The notes: generated by a model not told the origin, from the letters alone. A DNA stretch of 64,000 nucleotides from the human T2T-CHM13v2.0 reference genome, Homo sapiens (GCF_009914755.1 NC_060947.1), one strand, 5' to 3'. Shown: positions 21,169 to 39,056, counted from the stretch's first letter. Program-made: numbers and translations.

Positions 21169-21817
21169 TTTCTTAGTGAAATTTGAAATGAGAGATTATT
21201 AATATGAGCTGGGCCTAACATCTTTTTTTACTTGCAGTTGGGGCAGAGCTCCAGGGAGTTGGTTTTGTCCCCTGCTGTCTTGTCCCCTCCCCCTTTTTAA
21301 TTAATTAGGGCCTGGCTGGACTCACATGCAGGCCGCTTTCTAAGAGCAGCAGTTACTTTGGCAGCATTCAGAAAGGGCCTCAGTTACTCTACCATGACAA
21401 ATTTCTCAGTCTGTCACCGTTCACTTCCTAAAAGAAATTCATTGTAGAAGGTAGAATGGGATCTTCATGGCATTTCTGATTCACAATGCTCCTGAAAGTT
21501 CCTCGGCATGTGGAAAGGCCACAGATGAATTTAAGCATGTGAAAGAATACTCATGTCAGAGGCACAAAGGAAACTTGCCCCGAGTCCACGGTGCTCTGCG
21601 GTTAGGAGCTGGCCTCACTGTGCACAGGGGGAGGGGTGGTGAGCTTACCGGGCTTTAAAGCGCCCTTCCAACCTGTGAGCCCTGCATTCCTTACCCTTGG
21701 TTGGATTCTTCCCGGGCTGGGAGAAATGACCGCTTCTATGAGGAGACCATGTGCCGAGGTCGTGTGCTAGGAAGCCAGTTGCTGTGAGAAATGACCAGTG
21801 TCATGTCTGTCTTTCAG

Positions 21818-21935
21818 CCACCCTACATCATGTAGCAGTTCTTCTGAGATCATGTCTGTGCTGTTCTTCTACATCATGAGGTACAAGCAGTCAGATCCAG
21901 AGAATCCGGACAACGACCGATTTGTCCTCGCAAAG
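21818..21935 (+). CDS. TKTL1: TKTL1 exon 2 (118 nt)
   Basis: ctttcag|C CAC CCT...: [39 protein letters not shown]; donor AAG|gtatgc. Confidence 0.95.
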
Positions 21936-22208
21936 GTATGCCGGTGGGGAGCCCAGGGCTGCTGTGGCGCCTGCTGGTTAAGCCCAGTTTGAACAGCCAC
22001 CGTGTGGGAACAAGGCCTGAAATGGGCCTCGTTTATTATTTTGGTTCTTCTTTCTTTGCATCTTAAAGCTCGAGTGTTCTAGTGAGGGCCACTTGGAGCC
22101 CTGTGATGGCATGGTAGGAAGGGTGGCTTGGGAGAGCTGACTGTCCTTCCTTTCCTTTGGTCACACCCTGCCTCGCCCCACTTAGCACGAACGCTTCCCC
22201 CATGGCAG

Positions 22209-22322
22209 GGTTATGCTGCTCCCACCCTCTGTGCTGCCTGAGGAGAGGCAGGCAGCCTCAGTGAATCCCACTCACTGAGCCTGGGGGAACTTGAGTGTAA
22301 CCGGGAGGGACATCCCACCCCT
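22209..22322 (+). pseudogene. Fossil (skipped) transketolase exon within TKTL1 intron 2
   Basis: 114 nt, cag|...|gtcagt; translates GYAAPTLCAA*GEAGSLSESHSLSLGELECNREGHPTP, colinear with the GHAAPILYA.W.....GHP.P segment of TKT/TKTL2; TGA at 22239-22241. Confidence 0.9.
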
Positions 22323-22538
22323 GTCAGTTAGCTTCCTCTTCTATGTTTCTGCACATCTGACCTGAAACTGATGGGCACTTCTCATGAGATTGGGCAAAAT
22401 ACCAGCCACTTCATGAAGTATCATGGGTGATAGGAAAGAAAAAGAACCTTAAAAACAAGGTCAGTTTGAGAATGTGTGGCTGGTTTGATGCCATCTCAAA
22501 GTACACTGTGTCCCGAAGCAAATTAAAACCTGGCTAGG

Positions 22539-23746
<1,208 letters not shown>

Positions 23747-24559
23747 TCTAGACTGTCATATAACAGCTGCTATCAGAGCCATTGGCCTTAGGGGATGAAG
23801 AGGCTTTCTATCGGGCAGCAGCACACCAGGCCCTGTTCGGCTGCCAGAATTTGTGTGTTCATCAGATTTAGCTGGCTGATGAAATTGGAACAAAAGAGAA
23901 AACACATGAAGCATAGTCCATTGTGGTTTGCCTGGGAACGGGGTAAACAGCTATACTCCAGGCAGAGCAGATCTTTATTCTAGCCTTTCACCTCCCTGAA
24001 TCGTCTGCCCCGCAGCATAAGGGTTCTTGAGAAAGACAGCACCCATGTGGGAGCACTTCTGCCATAACGGGCATCATACTGATGCCTCACCATTTTCTCA
24101 ATCTATCCTCACTTTATCCTTGACCTCCTGTCACCTAAGGGGGCTCTGGTCTCCATTGCACCCATAAAGTCTTTGAGATGGGCCCACTGGCCTCACACTT
24201 CACAGCCAGAGGGAAGCAGAGTTGGTCTGACTGCTGAGCCCAGGCTCGGTCCATTATGTTATAGGACTTCCAAGGGCATGCAAGGCGACTGGGAGCCAGA
24301 GCTTGTTACGTGAGTGTGGTGGGTGCCATAGGGAGGGAGATGTGGCTAGAGGCATAGTCAAAAGAGACTTGAGTTGAGTGGGGCAGTTCTGCTGGGCTGG
24401 AAATGCAGAACCAAAAGGGAGTCTCTGGGGGGCACAAAGCATGCAGAGAATTCCGGGGAAGGTCAAGAGCAACCAGAGAGTAGCAGAGGGTAGGAAGCAA
24501 GAAGCAGGAGATCAGAGAATCGTAAATACCATCCATCCATCTACAGTAGTGATGACCTC

Positions 24560-25130
24560 GCTCATCTCTGCTCGAATGGCGCTGACGTTTGAGCAGAGGA
24601 GGGTGACAGGCAGGAAACAAACTTTTAAGTCAATAGATGGAGTGTCAGGTGGGGCCAAGCATCTGGAATCAAGTAAAAGTGGAGGAGGTAGGAGGCACTG
24701 GTTGAAAAAGAGTGGTCCAGAAAGACCTCAGTGCTGACGCTTGAGCAGGGATTTGGAAGAGGCAGGAGAGTGAGCTGTGCCCACATCCACGCACAAGCAC
24801 TCCGGTAGTGGGTGCCATGAGTGCTAAGGCCCTGAGGCAGGTGTATGCCCACTGTGTTCAAGGAGCAGCAAGGAGGCCAGGGTGCCAGAGCAGTGGAAGG
24901 GAGAAATGGAGGTGATGGGGGCTGGGGTGGGCAGACAGGTGCAAACAGTTGAGCTCTACTTGGTGGGAGGTCGGAAGACCTTAGAAAGTTGAGCGATGTG
25001 ATCAGTCAACTTCAGTTTTAACAGGCTCCCCCTTGTGGCTAGATTGAGAATGGCTGTGGGGGAGGCTGGGAGGCCACTGCAGTGACAGAGGCAAGGGATG
25101 TTTAAGACCAGGTCGAAATGGTGGCTGCAG
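24560..25130 (-). mobile_element. L2 fragment
   Basis: Purine-rich ctaaggccctgaggcagg...tgttcaaggagcagcaaggaggccag...ggaggccactgcagtg, typical of antisense L2. Confidence 0.6.
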
Positions 25131-25858
25131 AAGCTGTTGGGTAAATTCAGTATGCTTGCAAGTTGGGCCTCTCCAGTCAGTGCAGCAGCTCTTTGGCATG
25201 ACCTTGTGGCCCACAGAGGGCCACATTTTCTGCTTGGGATAGTGATGACCCTGTGCCTGCAAACAGGATGTTGGGGGTGGGGTAGATGCTAGTAGAAAGG
25301 GATTCATTTCTAGCGTGGGCACTTCTAGATGAGCACGTGTAAGATCTCAGTTGACCTGAGTTTTATAAACCAGGGAACCAGAGTATTCTCTTTCTGGTTT
25401 CTGTTTTAAGAATCCATATCCTCCATAGGATTGAACATGTGATTTGTGCATGACCGGGAAGGGCCATGGGAAAATGTCAAGAATCATACTTTACGTTTTC
25501 TGCTTTGTACTTGGGCTCCCCGTCTCTATTCCCAAAGCTCCAGCCACCCTTGCCATACTGTATGGATTACCTATGACTCCCTGGGCAGGGACAGTGGATG
25601 TCTTCGTCACCTTAGTCACCTGAGTTTCCAGCCCAGGCTGAGCCCTGGGCTTGACCCATTTTCCACTTGTAACGTTGATCGGAAGCTTGGGGTGCATATG
25701 GGTGTGGGGAAGAGGAATTCACCCAGCAGGGCGGGAGGGGCTGTTCGGATGGGACGCTGCTACAGAGCTGACAGGAGCAGCCTGCACTCAGTGCGTGAGT
25801 CCACCTGATACCATGTCCTGCAGCTGCGTCTGGGCTCACTGGGTCCCTTCTCTTACAG

Positions 25859-25956
25859 AGACTGTCGTTTGTGGATGTGGCAACAGGATGGCTCGGACAA
25901 GGACTGGGAGTTGCATGTGGAATGGCATATACTGGCAAGTACTTCGACAGGGCCAG
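25859..25956 (+). CDS. TKTL1: TKTL1 exon 3 (98 nt)
   Basis: tcttacag|AGA CTG TCG: [33 protein letters not shown]; donor AG|gtgagg. Confidence 0.95.
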
Positions 25957-26222
25957 GTGAGGTTCTTCCCCAGAAGCCATTTAACTGCCCTACATCTACA
26001 TCCCCTTCCTAGAGTCTCGGGGGGCAGCCACCTATCTCCGTGATGTGGAGAGCCCTGAAGGGCCAGTCCCCATCACATCCCGTGGTGACCCCTCTGGAAG
26101 GCCTTCCCTGTGCCTTTTCCCCACCTCGGGCGGCTGCCCCACTTTCTCTCCCACAGGTCTGTTGAAAGGTTTCAGCTGCTGTTGCCTTTCCATTCTTATC
26201 CTAGGGTTGATAGCTTTTTTAA

Positions 26223-27073
<851 letters not shown>

Positions 27074-27349
27074 TTATTGATAAGGAAATGTGGCAGAAGA
27101 ACCTAAAAGTTGCTTTACAGCTAGAACAGAAAACTAGCCAGAGGTAAAGCCTGCTTGTGAGCCCCCAGGCTTTTCAAGCTCGGCTTTCTTAGCTGCTGGG
27201 CTGGGGCAGAGTTGATGAGGGAGATTGTGGGAAGCGAATGGTCTGGAGCAGCAGCTCCAGTTGCGTCCGTTTCTCCTCCTGAAATGCATTTGTTTGGTTG
27301 GCCCAGATGATCCCCCACAGGGTCCTAAACCTCTCTTGTCTTGCTCCAG

Positions 27350-27541
27350 CTACCGGGTGTTCTGCCTCATGAGTGATGGCGAGTCCTCAGAAGGCTCTGT
27401 CTGGGAGGCAATGGCCTTTGCTTCCTACTACAGTCTGGACAATCTTGTGGCAATCTTTGATGTGAACCGCCTGGGACACAGTGGTGCATTGCCCGCCGAG
27501 CACTGCATAAACATCTATCAGAGGCGCTGCGAAGCCTTTGG
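27350..27541 (+). CDS. TKTL1: TKTL1 exon 4 (192 nt; ThDP-binding motif region)
   Basis: ctccag|C TAC CGG: [42 protein letters not shown]...CEAFG; donor GG|gtaact. Confidence 0.95.
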
Positions 27542-27624
27542 GTAACTGTATTCTCTTGTGCTTGATTTCCATTCTGTCCTGCCCCCTTCATCTCTTGTAA
27601 CCCAGCCTGCTCCTCTGTTGGCAG

Positions 27625-27752
27625 GTGGAACACTTATGTGGTGGACGGCCGGGACGTGGAGGCACTGTGCCAGGTATTCTGGCAGGCTTCTCAGGTGAAG
27701 CACAAGCCCACTGCTGTGGTGGCCAAGACCTTCAAGGGCCGGGGCACCCCAA
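27625..27752 (+). CDS. TKTL1: TKTL1 exon 5 (128 nt)
   Basis: ggcag|G TGG AAC: [43 protein letters not shown]; donor A|gtaagc; 83-nt upstream intron. Confidence 0.95.
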
Positions 27753-28399
27753 GTAAGCAAGCACTTTCCTCCTGCTCCTGGTTGTTAAAAGCATCTGTCC
27801 GCTCAGCAGCAGAGGCGGGAGAGGCTTAGAGGGGCCTAGGCAGATGACTCATTTAGTGAATAGCAGTTCTGCCTGGAGTATATGTTGGAGGCTCCTGCTC
27901 TCTTATTTTCACTAGCTAGTGTCTGCTTAGGATAGGAGATATCAAAAGCCCTAGCAGGTGAACAGTGATGTGCTGCCTGCACAAGGGAGTGGCTAGGAGT
28001 ACAGCCCATCGGAGGACTGACAGGGAACAATCTCTACGGTTAGTAGAATCAGAAAGCGTGCTGTGTGTATGAGCAGGTGCAAGAAATAAGAGTGCATACC
28101 TACACACGTGCCTAGGCCCACACTCTTCTGGAAGAACCCTGGGAATTGGGGAAGACGGGAGCTTGGAATCACCAACTATCACATTTCAAGGCTGACAGCT
28201 GAAATTGTTTATCTCAGGTTTAACTCATCACAAAGAGTGCGGCTCCTGGATTTTTTTAAAAGACTATAGACATTTTAGAATAAAACTGTTCTGTGACTCC
28301 TACCGAAAATATAGTTTTACTCTGGTACCCTCCGTTCAGTAAATTATTTTACCAGTGTGCTCCTGGCAGGACCCTGGGTGTTGTCCTTGCCTCTGCCTC

Positions 28400-29070
28400 C
28401 CCCTCATATGCCCACACATAGACCCAGTCCCCTAGATTACATCTTGGACCCATTCACTCCTCCCCATCTCTACTACCATGACTGTTGCCACACCCATCAT
28501 CTCTCCCAAAGTTCCAGCTGGCCTCCCTCCACACCAGTCTCTACACTGCTGCCACAGTGATCTTTCTACAGTGGATCTGATCAGTCACTTTCCCCACTCC
28601 AAACCCTTCAATGGTTTCCAATCTTGCTTTGGATAAAACTCAAACTTCTCATACCCACAAGACCCACCCTCCATGGTCTGCCCTACCTGTCTCTCCAGCC
28701 TTATTCTCATTCTCCCTTCCACTCACCAGTGGCCCTCAGGGGCATAGCTAGGTGCAATGGCTTGCACCTGTAATCCCAGCTACTTAGGAGGCGGAGGCGG
28801 GAGGATCACTCGAGCCCGAGGAGTTGGAAGCTGTGGTGAGTTATGATCACCCACTGCACTCCAGCTTGGGGAGGAGTCATAGCGTGAGACCCCTGTCTCA
28901 AAACAAAAAGCCTCAGGGCCTTTGTCCAAGCTGTTCTCTCTGGCTGCAGCAGCGTCCCAGGCCCTCTGTGCCAGGTGTTCCTCCTGTGAGTCCTAGGGTG
29001 ACATCTTTTTCATCGGGGTCTGTTTTTCAGGTGACCTCATAGGCACTCACTAAATATTTATGGAATGGAT
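28400..29070 (+). mobile_element. L2 fragment with an inserted Alu monomer (about 28745-28910)
   Basis: ctacactgctgccacagtgatctttcta...aaacccttcaatggtttcc; ends aggcactcactaaatatttatggaatggatg. Confidence 0.65.
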
Positions 29071-29093
29071 GTCTTTTGTTTGTTTCATTACAG

Positions 29094-29287
29094 GTATTGA
29101 GGATGCAGAAAGTTGGCATGCAAAGCCAATGCCGAGAGAAAGAGCAGATGCCATTATCAAATTAATTGAGAGCCAGATACAGACCAGCAGGAATCTTGAC
29201 CCACAGCCCCCCATTGAGGACTCACCTGAAGTCAACATCACAGATGTAAGGATGACCTCTCCACCTGATTACAGAGTTGGTGACAAG
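29094..29287 (+). CDS. TKTL1: TKTL1 exon 6 (194 nt)
   Basis: ttacag|GT ATT GAG: IEDAESWHAKPMPRERADAIIKLIESQIQ...PPDYRVGDK; donor AAG|gtaggc. Confidence 0.95.
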
Positions 29288-30059
29288 GTAGGCAGAAAGG
29301 TGGATAATTGAATAAATCAGATACGTCAACTGCTTTGTTCTCTAATGTTGTTCGTATGTACACAGGATTCTTCATTTATTCTGGTCTCCATGGACGAACC
29401 AATTACTAGAGTGACATGTAACTAACAGTTCGTAGGCAATAAAGAGAGGTTTGCCATTTTTAAAAAATACATTTAGGGGTCCAAAGTGCAGCTGTGTCAC
29501 GTGGATAGATACTGTGTAGTGGTGAGGTCTGGGCTTTCAGTGCACCCAGCATCGGAGTAGTGGACATTGCACCCAGTAGGTACTTGATCTTTCACCACTC
29601 CTGGCTCCCCTTCTCTTTTATTAGGTCTGATTTTTATTTTTGGCTTTCACATGTGTGTCTGAATTTTCTGATTGGTCAATTGCTATTTATTAGCTCCTGG
29701 TGTGGTGTGCCTTTTTCTAGCTTCCTAACTTTGGTTTGTGCATGAAACTGCCACGACTCTGTGTCTCCGCTAAGAAGACTGGCCCCAGGCGGGCTGACCT
29801 TTTGAACTTACTCTCTGAATTACACAGAGGAGCAGGCCAATTCATCAGAAACCTCAAAAAGGAATCAAATGATGCACAAAACTCTTGAGTATCAAGTCCT
29901 TTTGGTTTTTAGCACCTTTACATCCTGCCTTCTGGTATATCATAGCAGACCTGACATAGGCAAGTTCTTTATGGCCTAGAGGAAGTAAGGCGGCGAGCCT
30001 AGGGAGGAAGGACACACTTTCTGATCCTTCTTTATTTGGAGAAATTTTGAGTGTTGCTC

Positions 30060-31380
30060 ATGTTTTCTTAGCCTGGTAATGAGGGTTAAAAATAAATGAA
30101 TTTTGAATACTTGAGAAATCAAAAGACAAAAACCAGAAGAAAGGAGACGGTATATCAACAAAGGGTGGGCCAGGCACAGTGGCTCACTCCTGTAATCCCA
30201 GCACTATCAGGAGGCCAAGACAGGAAGACCACTTGAGCCCAGGAGTTCAACACTAGCCTGGGCAAAGTAGTGAGACCCCATCTCTACATAGAATTTAAAA
30301 ATTATCCAGGCATGGTGCCATAATATGGTTCCAGGTACTCTGGAGGCTGAGGCAGGAGAATCACCTGAGTCCAGGAGTTTGAGGGGATAGTGAGCTATGA
30401 TTGGGCCACTGCACTCCAGCCTGGGCAACGGAGCGAGACTCTGTCTCAAAAAAAAAAAAAAAGTTTGAGAAAACTATATAACTCCATAGTTGCATAATTG
30501 GTATGAAAATGTGTAAAAAGCGGGGGGACCATTTTTAGGAATACATAAAATATCAAAATTGACTAAAAGAGGTATAAAAACCTTAAATGGATCAATAGCC
30601 CTAGAAAAAAATGGAGAAAATTATCCAAGTGCTATACCCCCAAAGCACCAGGCTCACCAGGTTATATAAGACTGACTCATTTTTAACCTTTATGAAAAGA
30701 GTAATTTCTAAACTGTTTCAAATTTTTCCAAATACGGAGGAAGATGAAAATGTCATCCCGATTTACTTATGAAGCGAAAATGTGACAAAGCTAGCCTAAA
30801 GAAAACTGCAGAGCAACTTTCTTTATGAATACCAATATAAAAATTCTAAATAGAACATTAGCCCATCTCAACTTCATTAGTACATTAAAAAAATTAAATG
30901 AATCAGTGAGCTCAAATTAGTAATGCAGATGACTCATGCCAGGAGATGTAGGAATAGAATTCAGTGTTCTAGTGTTAGGTTAAAGGAAGGAGGGAAGTGT
31001 GATCATCATCATACACACTAAACAAAAGCAATTCATAAAACTCAACATTTTTTTTTTGAGATGGAGTCTCGCTCAGTCACCCAGGCTGGAGTGCAGTGGT
31101 GCAATCTCGGCTCACTGCAACCTCTGCCCCCGGATTCAAGCGATTCTCCTGCCTCAGCCTCCCAAGTAGCTAGGATTACAGGCTCCCGCCATCATGCCCA
31201 GCTAATTTTTGTATTTTTAGTAGAGACGGGGTTTCACCTTGTTAGCCAGGCTGGTCTCGAACTCCTGACCTCAGGTGGTCCACCTGCCTCAGCCTCCCAA
31301 AATGCTGGGATTACAGATGTGAGCCAGCACACCTGGCCAAGTAATTTGAAAAATATAATGAGAACCATTAATGTCGGAAA
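30060..31380 (+). mobile_element. Old L1 ORF2 fragment with Alus (30168-30462 +, 31047-31338 -)
   Basis: A-rich caaaattgact...aaaaccttaaatggatcaata...caaagcaccaggc...aaaagcaattcataaaactcaaca. Confidence 0.65.
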
Positions 31381-31686
31381 TCTCACTCTTGAGCTGTGGA
31401 GTGTTTACCTGCTTAGGAAGTGGGGGTTGGGGGAGCGGGGGATGTTAACTAAAAAGAGCACAATTTGAGAAAAACTTGGGTGCCACATCAGCCATTTAGT
31501 ATGGATTTAAGATTGGCTAGCAGTCCATGTTTATGACATTAAAGGAAATTTTTGGTGAGTCACGAATTTACTTTCTTCAAGATAGATGATAATTTGTCAT
31601 TCTACAATATGGTACCTTCCTTCTGTAGTCGTTCCTTCTAAATGCATTTGAAGAAACTCTACCACCTGATTGTCTCTGTCTTCTAG

Positions 31687-31851
31687 ATAGCTACTCGGAA
31701 AGCATGCGGTCTGGCTCTGGCTAAGCTGGGCTACGCGAACAACAGAGTCGTTGTGCTGGATGGTGACACCAGGTACTCTACTTTCTCTGAGATATTCAAC
31801 AAGGAGTACCCTGAGCGCTTCATCGAGTGCTTTATGGCTGAACAAAACATG
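31687..31851 (+). CDS. TKTL1: TKTL1 exon 7 (165 nt; contains Arg317)
   Basis: ttctag|ATA GCT ACT: [55 protein letters not shown]; donor ATG|gtgagt. Confidence 0.95.
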
Positions 31852-32599
31852 GTGAGTGTGTAGTGTCTCTCAGGGCTTCTTAGAATCAATGGCCCACTGG
31901 ACACAGGAGGCCCAGCCTGTGCTAGTTTTTCTTTCCATTTATGAAAGCAAAAGGACTGGAAAAAAATTTCCTGGGAAGCAGGAGGCAAGTAGCCAGGTGG
32001 AGTCTGAGAGGTGGCTTCTAGGTCTGCTAGGAGGGCCGTAATAGACTACTCGGCACTTGGAGTCTCCAAGTTGGCTGAGGGCAGCAGGCCCAAGGCCACA
32101 GACAGTGGGTCCTCTGAGCCTCGAACCATCTGAACCCAGGGCTCTGGGCCTGAAGCATCCCAGGCTCCCTAGTAGCTCCTTCTGCCCAATTCTGCAACCA
32201 CCCAGAGGCACACTGGCTGAGGAGTCACAGGGAATGCAGAGTTTCCTTCTCTCCACTGTAGAGGGGCCTAATATAGCACAGAAATGCAAATGTTGCACTT
32301 ACTTCAATCACAAGAATATCAATGCTTAGAGCTGGTGCCTTAGGCAAAGCCATTCTGCTTATCTATGCCTCAGTCTCTCCCCAGAGTGATATTAATGCAG
32401 GGAGTATCTCAAGCACATGCACACAAGCGCACCCCTCTGGAGAGGAAGGAGTTATGGCCAGTAAACCCTTTGAACTCTAAAGCTCTGCGCGTCATAGAAG
32501 ATGATGCCCAGCTCCTGTCATTAGGCCAGAAAACCACAGGCCAGCAGGTCTTATGTGACCACCAGTGACTTTATTTATAACAAGTAGTATTTTTAAAAA

Positions 32600-33602
<1,003 letters not shown>

Positions 33603-33759
33603 TGAATAGAAAACAATGCGATCCGTAATTTTCTGGATTAATGCTCCTGTCAAAAATTTTGCTCCCCACCTCACTGATTGCCTCAGCACGCAGCCATGTA
33701 GTCTACTCCGTCCCTGCTGATATGTTCTCACAGTTGGAAAAAAGTTGTAAAGAAAAGGC

Positions 33760-34480
33760 GAGCAGGTGGTATTTAGTGCCATGTTGAAAGAGGTGGCTAC
33801 AATGTAGAGCTTGACCAGGGGCAGTCAGGGACAACCTCTCAGAAAAGGTGATACTTAAGCTGAGTCTCAGGTGACGAGGGGTCAGCCGTGTACAGATGTG
33901 GGAGACAGCATTTCAAGCAAGGGGCATGGCCAACTGTAGGCAGGCCCAGGCTTGGAATGTTTGGAGAGCAGAGGAAGGGCCAAGTGGTAGGAGCATGGTG
34001 AACGCAGAAAACTCTCCAGGGCCCAGGTCATACGGGGTCTTATAGGCGCCCTTTTCAGTATCTCTGGTTCTCTTGCAGTTTGCTGGGAAGCCACTGGAGG
34101 GCTTTAAGCAGGAAAGCAACAGCCTGCGTTTTCCAAAACTCTGAAGACTGGAGAATGGCTTCACGTAGGAAAGGGAGGAGAAGGAGAGGGTGACTTGGAC
34201 CAGGGCAGTAGCTGTGGAGTCGGAGGGAAGCAGACTTGTCACATATTGCCTTGGCAGGAGAGCCAGCAGGATGCCAACGGCAGGTGTCAGGACAGGACCC
34301 AAGGCTGGTGCTTGAGTGTGGGTGGCAGCACCTGGGGGAAGGTGGTGTCACCTCTTGAGATTGACAAGACTGGGGGAGAAGTGGACTGGAGGGCACCATC
34401 AGGAGCTCTGTGTGGGCCTGGGGGGTTGGGGCACCTGTTAGATGTACAGAGGGGAGACAGTGGTATCAGATGGCTGGGCA
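33760..34480 (-). mobile_element. L2 fragment (probably continuing at about 36640-37230)
   Basis: gggaagccactggagggctttaagcagg and related antisense L2 motifs. Confidence 0.6.
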
Positions 34481-34567
34481 GTAGATCAGTCAGTCATTTT
34501 CACATGTGGCCGCTCCACACCACTAAATGCAGTTTTCTAAACTACATATTCGTTGGCCTAGTTTTAA

Positions 34568-36671
<2,104 letters not shown>

Positions 36672-37270
36672 TCAGGCAGCCTCTTGGTTTTGTGGCTTCG
36701 AGGTCCCTTGTGGGGATGGTGGCCTAGATGAAGTAGGCTGGGAAGAGCGTGGAAAATGAGAAAGCAGGGGCAATGACTATAGGCAAGTTTTGAGAAGTTT
36801 GCTGCGAAGGAGAACACAGATGTAAAAGCAGGACAAGGCGGAGATGGGGCTGTGAAGATAAAAGGTGCTGGCGCACACCTGAATGGAAATAGAATGATCC
36901 AAGAGAAAGGGAAGTAGCACAAGAGGGGAGGAGGAGCTGCATGGCTGGAGACCCCTGTGAGAAAGCAGGAACAGGACAGATTCAGGATGTCCTGTCGGGG
37001 CATGGACCCTGGAAAGCTGCGGACACCAGGAGGGCAGGCAAGAGAGTCTCATCTCTTGCTCCCTAGGAGCTATGAGTTGAGGGCGCCGTCTGAGCAGGAG
37101 GGACGGACGGGTGCCCAGGGTTTGAGGAAAGAGGGGTGTGGGAAGGACGCATGCTAGAACTTCAGAGCAGTTCAGCAGGTGCAGAATGGGAGTTATCATG
37201 GGGACTGTGGGAGAAGGGGCGGTGGGGGCAATGCCCAGGGATGTTCTGATTCATGTTCTCTGTGCTGCAG

Positions 37271-37427
37271 GTGAGCGTGGCTCTGGGCTGTGCCTCCCGT
37301 GGACGGACCATTGCTTTTGCTAGCACCTTTGCTGCCTTTCTGACTCGAGCATTTGATCACATCCGGATAGGAGGCCTCGCTGAGAGCAACATCAACATTA
37401 TTGGTTCCCACTGTGGGGTATCTGTTG
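37271..37427 (+). CDS. TKTL1: TKTL1 exon 8 (157 nt)
   Basis: ctgcag|GTG AGC: [53 protein letters not shown]; donor G|gtaagg. Confidence 0.95.
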
Positions 37428-38526
37428 GTAAGGGTTCTAAATGCCATCATCTTGGTAGCCTTCCTCCTTCACAGAGAAAGATTAGCATGTGATTGGTTAA
37501 ACCACGAATTTCCTTATGGTTCCATGAAGTTTGATTATTCAAGCCTTTTTCTTGAAAAAGCCATATTGTACTTTAAAAGTGTCAGACTCTCAGGGCAACT
37601 TTTGAAGTGCATCTCTCGGTGGTACTGTTGTTTCAGACAGTGAGAAACAGTTGCTTATCCCGAGTGCCCCTTGTGTGTTGAGCTGCGTGCAGGTTATGGA
37701 CAGGACTGGCAGAGTCATGGAGCCTTTTCTGCCCTCGCTGTGGTTGCAGTCTAACTGAGGGTGAACAGCATCACAGAGGACGAGGAGCATTCTGGCTGGC
37801 TGCACAGCCTGCTCAGGTGGGAGGGGGGCTGGGACCACCATCACCACCTTCCTGCCTGGGGCAGCGAGAACCCTGGAGCGTGACACGAGGCAGGAACTCT
37901 TACAAACACACCCTTCTCAGAGTAGTAGTCACCTGGCAGGTGGGCTAGAAGGAAACCACAGGAAACGGGAAGCCAGAGAGGGGATTGAAACAAGGTGTGC
38001 AAGGTGGTGGGGGAGAAAACCAGGGGGGTGGGGGGGGACCTGAGAGTGAAGAAAGAGGTGAGTGTGCCTAACAGATGGAGCACTCTGCAATGGCGTGAAG
38101 AGCAAAACACACGAGTCTCCGGGATTCCTCACTTGGGAAACGTCAGAGAGTCATTTTCGTGAATGACAGAAATGACATGGGAAAGATGAGCCAGCTGGCG
38201 TGCCTGTGGCAGGCAGATGGGCTTACTAGATGTGGCTGCACACACTTGCTTCTAGAATGCCAGAGATGCACGCTGGAAAGCCATCTCAGGGACTCCCTGG
38301 GAGAATGAGGCTGGACGAGATGGCTCTAGATGGAGCTAGAGTCACGGCTGTCTGGGTGAAGCTGGAGGCACAGGTGGTGGCCAGAGAGAGGAGGCGCGGC
38401 AGTGTTGCAGGGGCAGAGGGGCCTAGGAAAGGGTCCTTGAGCCCACCTGTGGCTGTGCTCAGTTTCAGTTTTGAAATAGTCACATGGAGAAAGTGACTCT
38501 AGGTTCCATCCAAAGAAGAACTGGAA

Positions 38527-39056
38527 GGCTGGGCGCAGTGGCTCATGCCTGTAATCCCAGCACTTGGTGAAACCCCATCTCTACTGAAAATAGAAAAATT
38601 AGCCAGGTGTGGTGGCACGCACCTGTATTCCAGCTACTCAGGACGCTGAGACAGGAGAATTGCTTGAACCCAGGAGGCAGAGGCTGCAGTGAGCCAAGAT
38701 CACACCACTGCACTCCAGCCTGGCGACAGAGAGAGGCTTTGTCAAAAAAAAAAAAAAAAAAAAAAGCCAGAGCGGTGGCTCACACCTGTAATCCCAGCAT
38801 TTTGGGAGGCCGAGGCAGGTGGATCATCTGTGGTCAGGAGTTTGAGACCAGCCTGACCAATATGGTGAAACCCCATCTCTACTAAAAATACAAAACTTAG
38901 CCAGACATGTTGGCACATGACTGTAATCCCAGCTACTTGGGAGGCTGAGGCAGGAGAATTGCTTGAACCTGGGAGGTAGAGGCTGCGGTGAGCCAAGATG
39001 ACCTAGTGCGCTCAAGCCTGGGCAACAGAGCGAGACTCTGTCTCAAAATAATAATA
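38527..39056 (+). mobile_element. Two tandem Alus
   Basis: Alu consensus; the first has an internal deletion. Confidence 0.88.
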
